From the NCBI GenBank assembly GCA_051276935.1, contig JBNMPQ010000001.1, positions 1 through 47,404 of the forward strand: DNA of 47,404 nucleotides, given 5' to 3'. Shown here in pieces: positions 31,356-41,827 of this stretch (positions are counted from its first letter, which is position 1; the number at the start of each line of letters is the position of its first letter). A program made the position numbers and the translations under genes. The notes under the pieces are model-generated. The model was not told where the DNA came from, ran no database searches, and worked only from the letters and a program-made list of their open reading frames with translations. This stretch comes from Oleispira sp. (GTDB lineage: Bacteria > Pseudomonadota > Gammaproteobacteria > Pseudomonadales > Oceanobacteraceae).

Positions 31356-31586
31356 ATGTCTTCAGTTGAAATCCGAGCATTATTAGAAAACGAATTTCCA
31401 GAAAGTGAAATTACCATAGTAGAAGGCTACCACAACGAAATTGAAGTTGTGAGCAGCGCCTTTGAAGGTGTGTCGGCCGTTAAACGACAGCAAATGGTGT
31501 ATAAGCCATTAACCGAACTAATTACAGGTGGAACTTTGCATGCTGTAAAAATCAGCGCCAAGACCCCTGCAGAAACAACTAACTAA
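31356..31586 (+). CDS. ibaG: BolA/IbaG family protein
   Basis: VVSSAFEG, VKRQQMVY, LHAV..SAKTP; upstream of murA. Confidence 0.9.
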   Translation: MSSVEIRALLENEFPESEITIVEGYHNEIEVVSSAFEGVSAVKRQQMVYKPLTELITGGTLHAVKISAKTPAETTN

Positions 31587-31643
31587 GCACATAAATAATA
31601 ATAAGCAGCTAGCGAAACAAGCTGCACTGATAAAGAATAATAG

Positions 31644-32915
<1,272 letters not shown>

Positions 32916-32983
32916 GCAATCGCTTACGCGCCTTTTAAGCTATTTATAAACTAATAGAACACATAGAGAAGATTGAAAACGTT

Positions 32984-33652
32984 ATGACACAGCCTCTCAC
33001 GATTGCCTTATCAAAAGGACGTATTTTGGATGACACCTTGCCTTTATTAGCCGAGGCAAACATCCATCCAGCAGAGGATATTAGTAAAAGTCGTAAACTG
33101 ATTTTTGATACCAACCACGAGCATATTAAGCTCCTAGTGATTCGTGCTGCCGATGTACCAACGTATGTTGAATACGGTGCAGCCGACTTAGGCATTTCAG
33201 GTAAAGATGTGCTGATGGAGTTTAATAGCGAAAACCTGTATGAACCTCTCGATTTAAAAATCGCCACATGTCGCCTAATGACGGCGGCGCTTAAAGGCGC
33301 AGTGCTTCCAGAAGGTCGCTTAAAAGTGGCAACCAAATTTGTTGATGTCACCAAGCGTTATTTTGCTGAGCAAGGTCGCCAGATTGATATTATTAAGCTT
33401 TATGGTGGCATGGAATTAGCCCCTATTGTGGGTTTGGCTGATTTGATCGTCGATATTGTTGATACCGGAAAGACCTTGGTGGCGAATGGTTTAGAACCTC
33501 GTGACCACATGGCGTATATCAGCTCTCGTTTAGTCGTGGGTAAAGCCGCAATGAAAGTGAAGCACGCTCAGATTCAGCCAATTATTGATCAGATGTCAGC
33601 GGCGGTTGATCGTCAAGAAGAAAAGCGTGAGCAAGAAAAAGCAGGCCAATAA
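32984..33652 (+). CDS. hisG: ATP phosphoribosyltransferase, short form
   Basis: [44 protein letters not shown]; no C-terminal regulatory domain, so HisZ is expected elsewhere. Confidence 0.98.
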   Translation: MTQPLTIALSKGRILDDTLPLLAEANIHPAEDISKSRKLIFDTNHEHIKLLVIRAADVPTYVEYGAADLGISGKDVLMEFNSENLYEPLDLKIATCRLMTAALKGAVLPEGRLKVATKFVDVTKRYFAEQGRQIDIIKLYGGMELAPIVGLADLIVDIVDTGKTLVANGLEPRDHMAYISSRLVVGKAAMKVKHAQIQPIIDQMSAAVDRQEEKREQEKAGQ

Positions 33653-33691
33653 ATAAGGCCAGTAACAGATTAAAGATTAGGAATTTAAGAT

Positions 33692-34999
33692 ATGACTATT
33701 GAAATTCGTCGTTTAGATACCCGTAATAATGATTTTTCCTCTGAGCTAGAAACACTACTAGCATGGGAATCGGTTTCTGATAAAAAAGTTCAGACAATCG
33801 TAACCGACATCCTTGACGATGTGAAAACCCGTGGTGATGCAGCTGTAATCGAATACAGCAACCGCTTTGATCACCTGAATGTTAAAAGCATGGATCAGTT
33901 AGAACTAAGTCAGAAGCAACTGGAAGATGCATTAAACACACTGCCTGCCGACCAGCGCCATGCGTTGTTGGCTGCCGCTGATCGTGTTCGTAAATACCAC
34001 GATAAGCAGAAACAAGATTCTTGGCAGTACACTGAAGAAGATGGCACTTTATTAGGCCAAAAAGTAACACCGCTAGACCGCGTCGGTATTTACGTACCGG
34101 GTGGTAAAGCTGCTTATCCTTCTTCTGTCTTGATGAACGCCATTCCTGCACACGTTGCTGGCGTAGAAGAAATTATCATGGTCGTGCCAACGCCAGGGGG
34201 TGAGTTAAACCAGTTAGTATTAGCTGCTGCTGCGGTAGCAGGCGTTAGCAAAGTATTTACCGTCGGTGGCGCACAAGCGGTTGCCGCATTAGCGTATGGT
34301 ACTGCGACCGTTCCTAAAGTAGATAAAATCGTAGGCCCCGGCAATATTTTTGTCGCCACTGCAAAACGCCAGGTATTTGGTACGGTTGGCATCGATATGA
34401 TTGCAGGCCCTTCTGAAATTTTAGTGGTTTGTGATGGCAAGACCGATCCTGATTGGATCGCGATGGACTTGTTCTCGCAAGCGGAACACGATGAAGATGC
34501 ACAAGCGATTTTAATCAGCCCAGATCAAAAATTTTTAGATCAGGTACAAGCCTCCATAGAAAAGCTTTTACCCACGATGGCGCGTAAAGATATTATTCGT
34601 GCGTCATTGAGTGCGCGTGCTGCACTCATCAAAGTAAAAGATATGGATGAAGCGTGTGAGGTGAGTAATACCATCGCACCGGAACACTTGGAATTATCGG
34701 TTGATGATCCGCAGGCGTTATTACCACAGATTCGTCACGCGGGTGCGATCTTTATGGGTCGTCATACGTCTGAAGCGTTAGGTGATTATTGCGCAGGGCC
34801 AAACCACGTTTTACCCACGTCGGGTACGGCACGTTTCTCATCGCCTTTGGGTGTGTATGATTTTCAGAAACGTTCATCTTTGATTATGTGTTCGCCAGAA
34901 GGTGCTTCAGAGCTTGGTAAGATTGCCTCTGTATTAGCCCGTGGTGAACAACTAGAAGGCCATGCACGTTCCGCCGAATACCGTATTAAAAAACAGTAA
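33692..34999 (+). CDS. hisD: Histidinol dehydrogenase
   Basis: [48 protein letters not shown]. Confidence 0.99.
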   Translation: MTIEIRRLDTRNNDFSSELETLLAWESVSDKKVQTIVTDILDDVKTRGDAAVIEYSNRFDHLNVKSMDQLELSQKQLEDALNTLPADQRHALLAAADRVRKYHDKQKQDSWQYTEEDGTLLGQKVTPLDRVGIYVPGGKAAYPSSVLMNAIPAHVAGVEEIIMVVPTPGGELNQLVLAAAAVAGVSKVFTVGGAQAVAALAYGTATVPKVDKIVGPGNIFVATAKRQVFGTVGIDMIAGPSEILVVCDGKTDPDWIAMDLFSQAEHDEDAQAILISPDQKFLDQVQASIEKLLPTMARKDIIRASLSARAALIKVKDMDEACEVSNTIAPEHLELSVDDPQALLPQIRHAGAIFMGRHTSEALGDYCAGPNHVLPTSGTARFSSPLGVYDFQKRSSLIMCSPEGASELGKIASVLARGEQLEGHARSAEYRIKKQ

Positions 35000-35045
35000 T
35001 CGATATAAGCGCATTCTTTAGTAATAAAGAGGTGCGAAAATTAAT

Positions 35046-35098
35046 AAGGCTGAGCATTGTTTATCTATATTAATAGATTAGCGATCTTGGCCTTTTTT
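35046..35098 (+). terminator. Long hairpin with T-tract between hisD and hisC
   Basis: AAGGCTGAG...ATCTAT/ATAGAT...CTTGGCCTT followed by TTTT. Confidence 0.6.
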
Positions 35099-35118
35099 AT
35101 ATGTTTTAGAGAGATCCC

Positions 35119-36207
35119 ATGACATCAATTACCCAAATGGTTGAAAACCTAGTTCGCCCAGAAATTCGTGCGTTGTCTGCTTACCCAGTGGGTGATGCAA
35201 GTGGTATGGTAAAGCTTGATGCCATGGAAAATCCGCATCAATGGTCAGATGAATTAAAGCAAGCCTGGTTAAAAAAATTACAGCACGCCGATATTAATCG
35301 TTACCCAAATCCGCAAGCCCCCAAAGTAAAAAAGGGTCTGCTTAATGCCATGAATGTGCCAGAACAATTTGATTGTTTATTAGGGAACGGCTCAGACGAA
35401 ATTATTCAGCTACTAACCATGTTGGTGGCCAAGCCTGGCGCTAAAGTGATGGCGCCAGAACCTGGCTTCGTTATGTATAAAATGATCTCTATATTTTGCG
35501 GGGTTGATTTTGTCGGTATACCGCTAACCGAAGACTTTGAACTCGACATGCCAGCGATGCTTAAGTGCATTAATGAACAGCAGCCAGAACTGATTTTTTT
35601 AGCACAACCTAACAACCCAACGGCTAACCTTTATTCAGAATCAGAACTACGCGAATTAATACAAGCCAGCGAAGGCTTAGTGATTATGGACGAAGCGTAT
35701 CTGCCTTTTTCTAGCCGTAACCACCTGCATTTTTTAGACGAGTTTGATAACGTATTAGTCATGCGCACACTGTCTAAAGTCGGTTTAGCAGGTTTACGTT
35801 TAGGAATGATCTTTGGCCGTAGCGAATGGCTAAACGAGCTAGATAAAATTCGTATGCCGTATAACATCAATGTACTGACTCAAATAAGCGCTGAATTTGC
35901 ACTAGAGCACTACGATATTTTGTTAGGTCAGTGCGAACTTATAAAACAAGAACGCAGCCGCATGCACATCGCTTTAACCACGTTAGGATTTACTTGTTAC
36001 AAAAGCGAAGCAAACTTTATTCTAGCTCGTGCGAGTATGCCTTTTGAAGGGCAAGCGAGAGAGATTTTTCAACAGTTAAAGCAGCATAACGTTTTAATAA
36101 AATGTTTGGCGGGAGGCCATCCGTTATTAGAAAACTGTTTGCGCTTTACTATTGGAACCGAAAAAGAAAATACCCTACTATTAAAGGCGCTAGCTGATAT
36201 TTTATAA
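35119..36207 (+). CDS. hisC: Histidinol-phosphate aminotransferase
   Basis: KLDAMENP, GNGSDEII, PNNPT, DEAY, PLP lysine in RTLSKVGLAGLRLG. Confidence 0.97.
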   Translation: MTSITQMVENLVRPEIRALSAYPVGDASGMVKLDAMENPHQWSDELKQAWLKKLQHADINRYPNPQAPKVKKGLLNAMNVPEQFDCLLGNGSDEIIQLLTMLVAKPGAKVMAPEPGFVMYKMISIFCGVDFVGIPLTEDFELDMPAMLKCINEQQPELIFLAQPNNPTANLYSESELRELIQASEGLVIMDEAYLPFSSRNHLHFLDEFDNVLVMRTLSKVGLAGLRLGMIFGRSEWLNELDKIRMPYNINVLTQISAEFALEHYDILLGQCELIKQERSRMHIALTTLGFTCYKSEANFILARASMPFEGQAREIFQQLKQHNVLIKCLAGGHPLLENCLRFTIGTEKENTLLLKALADIL

Positions 36208-36302
36208 GTAAACAGTATGGATGGCGGTATGACGAAAGCAGTAGGGAAGTATTGAATCTGGTATTAGCAGATATAACCGTATGATTTAAAAGGTAAAATG
36301 AA

Positions 36303-36680
36303 ATGAAAATAGATAAATCAATTAATGTTTTCGGTGAATCGCTTAAAGTGTGTGGTGAAAACCCTATGACGGGATTTTATCGAGATGGAAAGTGTAATAC
36401 CTGTAATAATGATGCGGGTTCGCACACGGTTTGCATAGAAATATCTCAAGAATTTCTTGAATATTCTAGATTCAAAGGTAACGATTTATCGACTCCGAGG
36501 CCAGAGTTTGATTTTAAAGGTTTAACACCTGGCGACAGCTGGTGTGTGTGCGCATCTCGATGGTTAGAAGCGGTGGCAAGTAATATGGCGCCTAGAGTTC
36601 ATTTACAAAGAACCCACATTAAAGCATTGAATATTGTGCCAATAGAAATATTGAAAAAATATGCTGTCGATCTAAATTAG
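36303..36680 (+). CDS. DUF2237 family Cys-rich protein
   Basis: NVFG..L..C...PMTGFYRDG.C, HTVC, GNDLSTPRPE, WCVCASRW. Confidence 0.88.
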   Translation: MKIDKSINVFGESLKVCGENPMTGFYRDGKCNTCNNDAGSHTVCIEISQEFLEYSRFKGNDLSTPRPEFDFKGLTPGDSWCVCASRWLEAVASNMAPRVHLQRTHIKALNIVPIEILKKYAVDLN

Positions 36681-36904
36681 CCTTCTGGCATTACGCAATA
36701 AGAAAATTTTTTCTATAAAATGAACAGTCATAAAATAGGATGTCTATCTAAGTCCCATACTCAAAGTTCAACATTCCAAGCTTTAAATTTTACGAATTAA
36801 TTTATTTTAGAAGTTACTGATCAGATTAGATCTAAGTTATTTTTTACATTGAGTTTGATGCAATTTGATATACAGAGAGTCTATTACTCATTGAGGAGCG
36901 TGTT

Positions 36905-37345
36905 ATGAGTGAAAATGAAATAAAAGGGATGGATGATTTCACCCGTAAGTATCTCTATTTTGTCATTGGGGTCGTTTTTATTGGACTTGTCTGGTGGCTG
37001 AGTAATATTGATTTTCGTGCTGCTGAAATTAATGAGTTGCTAGAATCAGATTCTGACATTGCGACGTATCCGTATCCGTTTCGCGTGATATCGCTAGAAA
37101 AAGGAATTGCACGTGTTAGCAGTCCTCGTTCAGCGCAGGTTTCTGCGGTCCAGTCGCTGCGAATTATGTACCCTGTTTTAAAGCAGAGTAGTGCGGTATC
37201 CGATGAGATGATGGCGGCACAAACAGAATTAGCGCGTATACAGTCTTATGTGGGCAAGCGGGTGAAGAGCCAAGACGATGTTAACTCTGTTCGTTGGGTT
37301 CTCGATCAGCAGTGGCTAACAGAGCACGGTGTGCATCTTTTTTGA
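36905..37345 (+). CDS. Hypothetical membrane-anchored protein
   Basis: GAGGAG SD, one N-terminal TM (YLYFVIGVVFIGLVWWL), soluble domain with YPYPFRV, SPRS, VRWVLD; no function recognised. Confidence 0.8.
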   Translation: MSENEIKGMDDFTRKYLYFVIGVVFIGLVWWLSNIDFRAAEINELLESDSDIATYPYPFRVISLEKGIARVSSPRSAQVSAVQSLRIMYPVLKQSSAVSDEMMAAQTELARIQSYVGKRVKSQDDVNSVRWVLDQQWLTEHGVHLF

Positions 37346-37361
37346 TGGTTTAAATAATAAA

Positions 37362-37389
37362 TAGGACAGGCATAATTTGGTTCTGTCCT
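37362..37389. terminator. Hairpin between convergent genes
   Basis: AGGACAG...CTGTCCT inverted repeat; no clean T-tract. Confidence 0.4.
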
Positions 37390-37404
37390 CTCTACGCAGT
37401 CTCC

Positions 37405-38736
37405 TTAAAACCAAAACATATAACTCGTGATAATCACGCTGAATATCAAATTCAATATTAACCCCACTTTCATCATTATATTCTGAGCAACGTATCCGCT
37501 AGAAAAAACAATCGCATTAGGGGGTGTCGCAACAGGCAGTATAAAGGCGCAAGATGCTGCAACCGCAATGGCACTTACAATCATGGTTTTATCAAACCCC
37601 ATCACTTCTGCCATGCCCATAAAGGTGGGAATCATTAATGCAGAGAGTGCTGTGTTACTGGATATTTCAGTCATAAAAATAATAAATAATATAACCAGTA
37701 AAAGTAGCCAATAAAGGCCAAGACCTGCGCTTAACATTTCTAATTGTTGTGCTAAAAATAGGTTGGCTCCCGTTGCACTTAATACGGCACTCAGGGCTAA
37801 GCCGCCGCCAAATAAAAGCAGTACGCCCCACTGAGTATTACTTTCAAATGCTTTCCAACTTAAACTTTTGCTGGCATGCAGTGCAACGATTGCGATGATT
37901 GCTATCCAGCTATCGAAGTCTGCTATTTTACCAAACACACTTTGAATAAAACTGCCTGAAATCCATAAACTGGCGGTGATGATAAAAATAATAATCACGA
38001 GAATGCGTTGTGGGTTCCAAATAAACGGTTTAGCTTCTGAAGTATCTGATTTAAAGAGTGTTAAGTTGGGCTTGAGATAGGCGTATAGAATGCCCCACAT
38101 TAACGGTAACAAAAATAGACTGATCGGGAGGGCAATGATTAGCCAATCATAAAATGATAATCCCAAAGCACTGGCAGCAATCGCGTTGGGAGGTGTACCA
38201 ACAATGGTAGCGATGCCGCCAATATTGGCAGAGTAGGCTATGCCTAATAATAAGAAGGCAAAGACTGTTTTGTGTTTCTCATACTCAAGATGTGATACTA
38301 AGCCTAAAGCAATAGGCAGCATCATCACCGCTGTGGCGGTATTGCTGATCCACATTGATAGAAATGCGGTGAGAGAGAACAGCATGAGACAAATCATTAA
38401 TCCGTTGTTTTTGGCTTTAAGCATGATGATATGAGCAAAGTGCTTATCGATTTTGTGCTCATGCAATGTCGCCGCCAGTGCAAAGCCCCCTAAGAATAAA
38501 AAGATAATGGGATGAGCAAAGCTAAGCAGCGCCTCTTTTAAATCCATTACATTGAATGCAACGGCTAAAACGGGAACCAGTAACGCTGTGATACTGAGCG
38601 GTAATAGTTCAGCCAGCCAAGAGTGGGCGATAATACATAAGATAATAAGTCCATGCTGAATCGATTCACTTATTTGGCTGGTTAATATTAAAGTTATAAA
38701 ACTGGTTTGTATTAATAGTGCCAAGGGCCATTTCAT
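37405..38736 (-). CDS. DASS/SLC13 family sodium:dicarboxylate/sulfate symporter
   Basis: IFLFLGGFALA, SMWISNTATA, GTPPNA, LLLFGGG, EISSNTA, LPVATPPNAIVF. Confidence 0.93.
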   Translation of the reverse strand: MKWPLALLIQTSFITLILTSQISESIQHGLIILCIIAHSWLAELLPLSITALLVPVLAVAFNVMDLKEALLSFAHPIIFLFLGGFALAATLHEHKIDKHFAHIIMLKAKNNGLMICLMLFSLTAFLSMWISNTATAVMMLPIALGLVSHLEYEKHKTVFAFLLLGIAYSANIGGIATIVGTPPNAIAASALGLSFYDWLIIALPISLFLLPLMWGILYAYLKPNLTLFKSDTSEAKPFIWNPQRILVIIIFIITASLWISGSFIQSVFGKIADFDSWIAIIAIVALHASKSLSWKAFESNTQWGVLLLFGGGLALSAVLSATGANLFLAQQLEMLSAGLGLYWLLLLVILFIIFMTEISSNTALSALMIPTFMGMAEVMGFDKTMIVSAIAVAASCAFILPVATPPNAIVFSSGYVAQNIMMKVGLILNLIFSVIITSYMFWF

Positions 38737-38860
38737 AAGAGTGTCCTATTTTATTTATAGCCTACAAAAAGGCACTGTTGTACTTCCACAGTATAGCCAG
38801 TTTTAAAATCGTTAAGAACATTAGAAATCTGCATATTGAGTGATATAAAAAATGAAAGAC

Positions 38861-38907
38861 AAAAAAAGCCGCTCTGTATTATGTGTAATACGATTGAGCG
38901 ACTTTTT
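38861..38907 (-). terminator. Terminator downstream of the GIY-YIG-like gene
   Basis: AAAAAAAG-C-CGCTC...GTATTA/TAATAC...GAGCG-A-CTTTTT; the A-run is a U-tract on the minus strand. Confidence 0.7.
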
Positions 38908-38943
38908 CATTTTAGCTATTAAGTGTTTACTCAGTTTTAAAAA

Positions 38944-39504
38944 TTAACGCTTTTTAAGAGTAGAGCCTCGATTATCCAATCGCGCCATGATATCTCGCAT
39001 TTCTTGTGCTTCTGAAGATGCTTTCATTAGCTTCTTAGATTCGCGTTCGGCTTTCTCTTCCGCAATCGCTTCTTTTATAGCACGTTCTTTAGTGGCTGAA
39101 TTAGTTCGACCTGAGGCAACTTTAGGTTTTACTATTTTTTTTGTAACGGTGCCGTCGCTGGTTTTAGATTTTGTTGTTGATTTTTTGACCACTGCTTTTT
39201 TCGGCGCAGCAACTTTAACAGGTTTTGGTTTTATGGTTTTAACACCCACCAAGCTGATACCTTGATGTTCATCTATTGCTTCTTCAAATAAATCTTTTAA
39301 ATCTTCTCGATCAAAAGCGACGGCATATTCAGAGGGGGTGAAGCTTTTTACGCCAAAGTCTCGAATATCTTTAAACAGACGAGCAGCGGTATGATCTAAT
39401 TCAGCGGCTTCTTGGTACTGCTTCCAGCGCTCTTCTACGCTGTCTTTGGTCGTACCCACATAAACTTCGTCGGTGACATCATTGGTAATAATAAAAACAA
39501 TCAA
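38944..39504 (-). CDS. Hypothetical protein: divergent GIY-YIG-like domain plus Lys-rich linker and helical C-terminus
   Basis: IVFIITNDVTDEVYVGTT...EERWKQY resembles GIY-(X9-11)-YIG...R; likely TTG start at 39504 after GAGAAG (the ORF track extends to 39558). Confidence 0.72.
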   Translation of the reverse strand: MIVFIITNDVTDEVYVGTTKDSVEERWKQYQEAAELDHTAARLFKDIRDFGVKSFTPSEYAVAFDREDLKDLFEEAIDEHQGISLVGVKTIKPKPVKVAAPKKAVVKKSTTKSKTSDGTVTKKIVKPKVASGRTNSATKERAIKEAIAEEKAERESKKLMKASSEAQEMRDIMARLDNRGSTLKKR

Positions 39505-39663
39505 AATACTTCTCAAACCTTGGAATGAAAAAAGGTTGAGCATTCTAATCGACCTCACAGAAAAGGCTAGGCCATTAGTGTAATTTTTAACGAACTTTTT
39601 ACGTTATTTTCAAAAAAAAATTATTCTAGTGATCGTTTTTGTAGTTTAAAAATTTGCAAGGAT

Positions 39664-40833
39664 TTATTCACTTGGTTTCTCTCTTTTTCCTGCAATCACC
39701 ACGGTACTTTGTAAGCGTCCGGAGCGTATAAATTCAATACGAATATTTTCACCGGGTCGTAATGCCGCAATTTGATTCATGGCTGCTTTTGCATTTTCAC
39801 TCGGCGTATCATTAAGCGATGTCATAATGTCGCCAATCATAAGTCCAGACTGCTGGGCAGGGCCGTTTAATGCGACACCTGTCACAATTAATCCTTCAAG
39901 TGCTATTGGTAGTCCAATACTGGTTAACAGGGCAGGTGTGGCCTCTTGTACCTCTATACCCATCCAGCCACGTATGGTTTGGCCAAATTGAGTAATATCG
40001 GCTAATACTTGAGCCGCACTGTTCGCAGGAATCGCAAAACCAATACCTTGTGATCCTCCTGATTGCGAATAGATCGCAGAATTAATACCGACTAACTCGC
40101 CCATCGCATTAATAAGAGCGCCCCCTGAATTACCAGGGTTTATCGCAGCGTCGGTTTGAATGTAATCTTCATAGGTATTCAGTCCTAATTGATTTCTACC
40201 CAATGCGCTCACAATGCCCATGGTAACGGTTTGGCCAACTCCAAAAGGGTTACCGATAGCCAATACAACATCACCAATATTTAAGGGCGCCTTTTCCGCT
40301 ATATGAATATAAGGCAGGTCACTTAAATTAATTTTCAAAACCGCAAGGTCGACCTCGGCATCACTACCAATCAGCGTGGCGGCCATTTCACGGCCATCAT
40401 GCATGGATACACGAATTTCAGTGGCTCCGTCAATTACATGGTGATTGGTAAGAATATATCCTGCTGGGTTCATAATAACTCCAGAGCCCAAGCTGGATTG
40501 CATCCGTTCATTGGGCTGATTATTAAAGAACCGATTTAAAAAGGGATTGTTGATGAGTGCATGCGATGGTTGTTGAACGATTCGTTGAGTAAAAATATTC
40601 ACGACGGCAGGCGCCGCTTTTTTTACGGCGACAGCGTAACTAACGGGCCCTGTGTTACCTTGTAGTAACGGCATTGGCGCAGTGACGGCGGATGTATGAT
40701 TTATCGGTTGTTGAACCGCGGCTTTTAACTGAGGAAACCAATCAGGTTTGATCAATATTATTAATAAAGCAATAATTAGCCCCAGCAATATGGGAATTAA
40801 AAAAACAGTTAACCAATTTTGTGATTGTCGCAT
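39664..40833 (-). CDS. degS: HtrA-family serine protease DegS/AlgW (protease plus one PDZ domain)
   Basis: N-terminal TM, APAVVNI, SLGSGVI, TNHHV, DLAVL, IQTDAAINPGNSGG; hisC/nif3 neighbourhood as for algW. Confidence 0.9.
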   Translation of the reverse strand: MRQSQNWLTVFLIPILLGLIIALLIILIKPDWFPQLKAAVQQPINHTSAVTAPMPLLQGNTGPVSYAVAVKKAAPAVVNIFTQRIVQQPSHALINNPFLNRFFNNQPNERMQSSLGSGVIMNPAGYILTNHHVIDGATEIRVSMHDGREMAATLIGSDAEVDLAVLKINLSDLPYIHIAEKAPLNIGDVVLAIGNPFGVGQTVTMGIVSALGRNQLGLNTYEDYIQTDAAINPGNSGGALINAMGELVGINSAIYSQSGGSQGIGFAIPANSAAQVLADITQFGQTIRGWMGIEVQEATPALLTSIGLPIALEGLIVTGVALNGPAQQSGLMIGDIMTSLNDTPSENAKAAMNQIAALRPGENIRIEFIRSGRLQSTVVIAGKREKPSE

Positions 40834-40929
40834 TGCATCTCTACCGCATTAGGGGTGTGCTTACATAAGGTGTACTTTATATCAGGGAGTGTACTTTATT
40901 TATGCTTGCCATACCGACTAGGATTTTTT

Positions 40930-41694
40930 ATGAGTATAAAACGTAACGATTTAATGCAGTACCTTAATGCGTTAATGCAGCCAGAAAAATGCAAAGATTA
41001 TTGCCCTAATGGTTTACAGATTGAAGGTAAGTCAGACATTAAAAAAATAGTCACAGGGGTAACGGCGAGTCAGGCGTTAATCAACGTTGCTATTACTGAG
41101 CAAGCGGATGCAATACTTGTTCATCATGGTTATTTTTGGCGTGGCGAAAATGAATGTCTAACAGGCATAAAGAAGAAGAGAATACAGACATTATTAGCTC
41201 ATGATATTAACGTGATTGCTTACCACCTTCCGCTTGATAACCATCAAGAGTTTGGCAACAACGTACAGTTAGCCAATGTATTAGGGCTAACAATTGAATC
41301 TGGTCTATGTCCTACTGATTCATCCGTTCCAGGGCTGATAGGTCGTTTATCTAAGCCTATGTCCGCTCGAGACTTTTCAGCTTGGATCAGTGAATGCTTA
41401 AACCGTGAGCCGTTGCATCTTGGGCTCGACGAAAATCAGATCATTGAAACCATTGCATGGTGTACGGGCGGCGCACAGGGATATATGCAATATGCAGTTG
41501 ATGCGGGTGTTGATGCCTATTTAACGGGTGAGGTTTCAGAGCCTAGTCACCATCTTGCGGTGGAAACAGGCACTCACTTTTTTGCGGCGGGGCATCATGC
41601 AACCGAGCGCTATGGTGCGCGTGCTTTAGGTCAACATTTAGCTGAGAAGTTTGATGTAGAGGTTAGTTTTATTGATATCGATAACCCAGCGTAG
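40930..41694 (+). CDS. Nif3-like dinuclear metal centre protein (YbgI)
   Basis: DYCPNGLQIEG, LVHHG, YHLPLD, CTGGAQ, AGHHATERYG, IDNPA; ATG at 40930. Confidence 0.95.
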   Translation: MSIKRNDLMQYLNALMQPEKCKDYCPNGLQIEGKSDIKKIVTGVTASQALINVAITEQADAILVHHGYFWRGENECLTGIKKKRIQTLLAHDINVIAYHLPLDNHQEFGNNVQLANVLGLTIESGLCPTDSSVPGLIGRLSKPMSARDFSAWISECLNREPLHLGLDENQIIETIAWCTGGAQGYMQYAVDAGVDAYLTGEVSEPSHHLAVETGTHFFAAGHHATERYGARALGQHLAEKFDVEVSFIDIDNPA

Positions 41695-41827
41695 CGGATA
41701 ACGGATCGACTACATTTCTCAACAAAATCAGTTAATGATTAAGCAGTTAAATAATCAGGGCCTGCTAAACTTTTTCTATACCTCGCCACACATTGACGTT
41801 TATTGTTAGAAAAAGCGGACCCTGATT

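Noticed and set aside
32984-33652. hisG looks truncated
   Set aside because: It is the known short HisZ-dependent form with an intact stop, not a pseudogene
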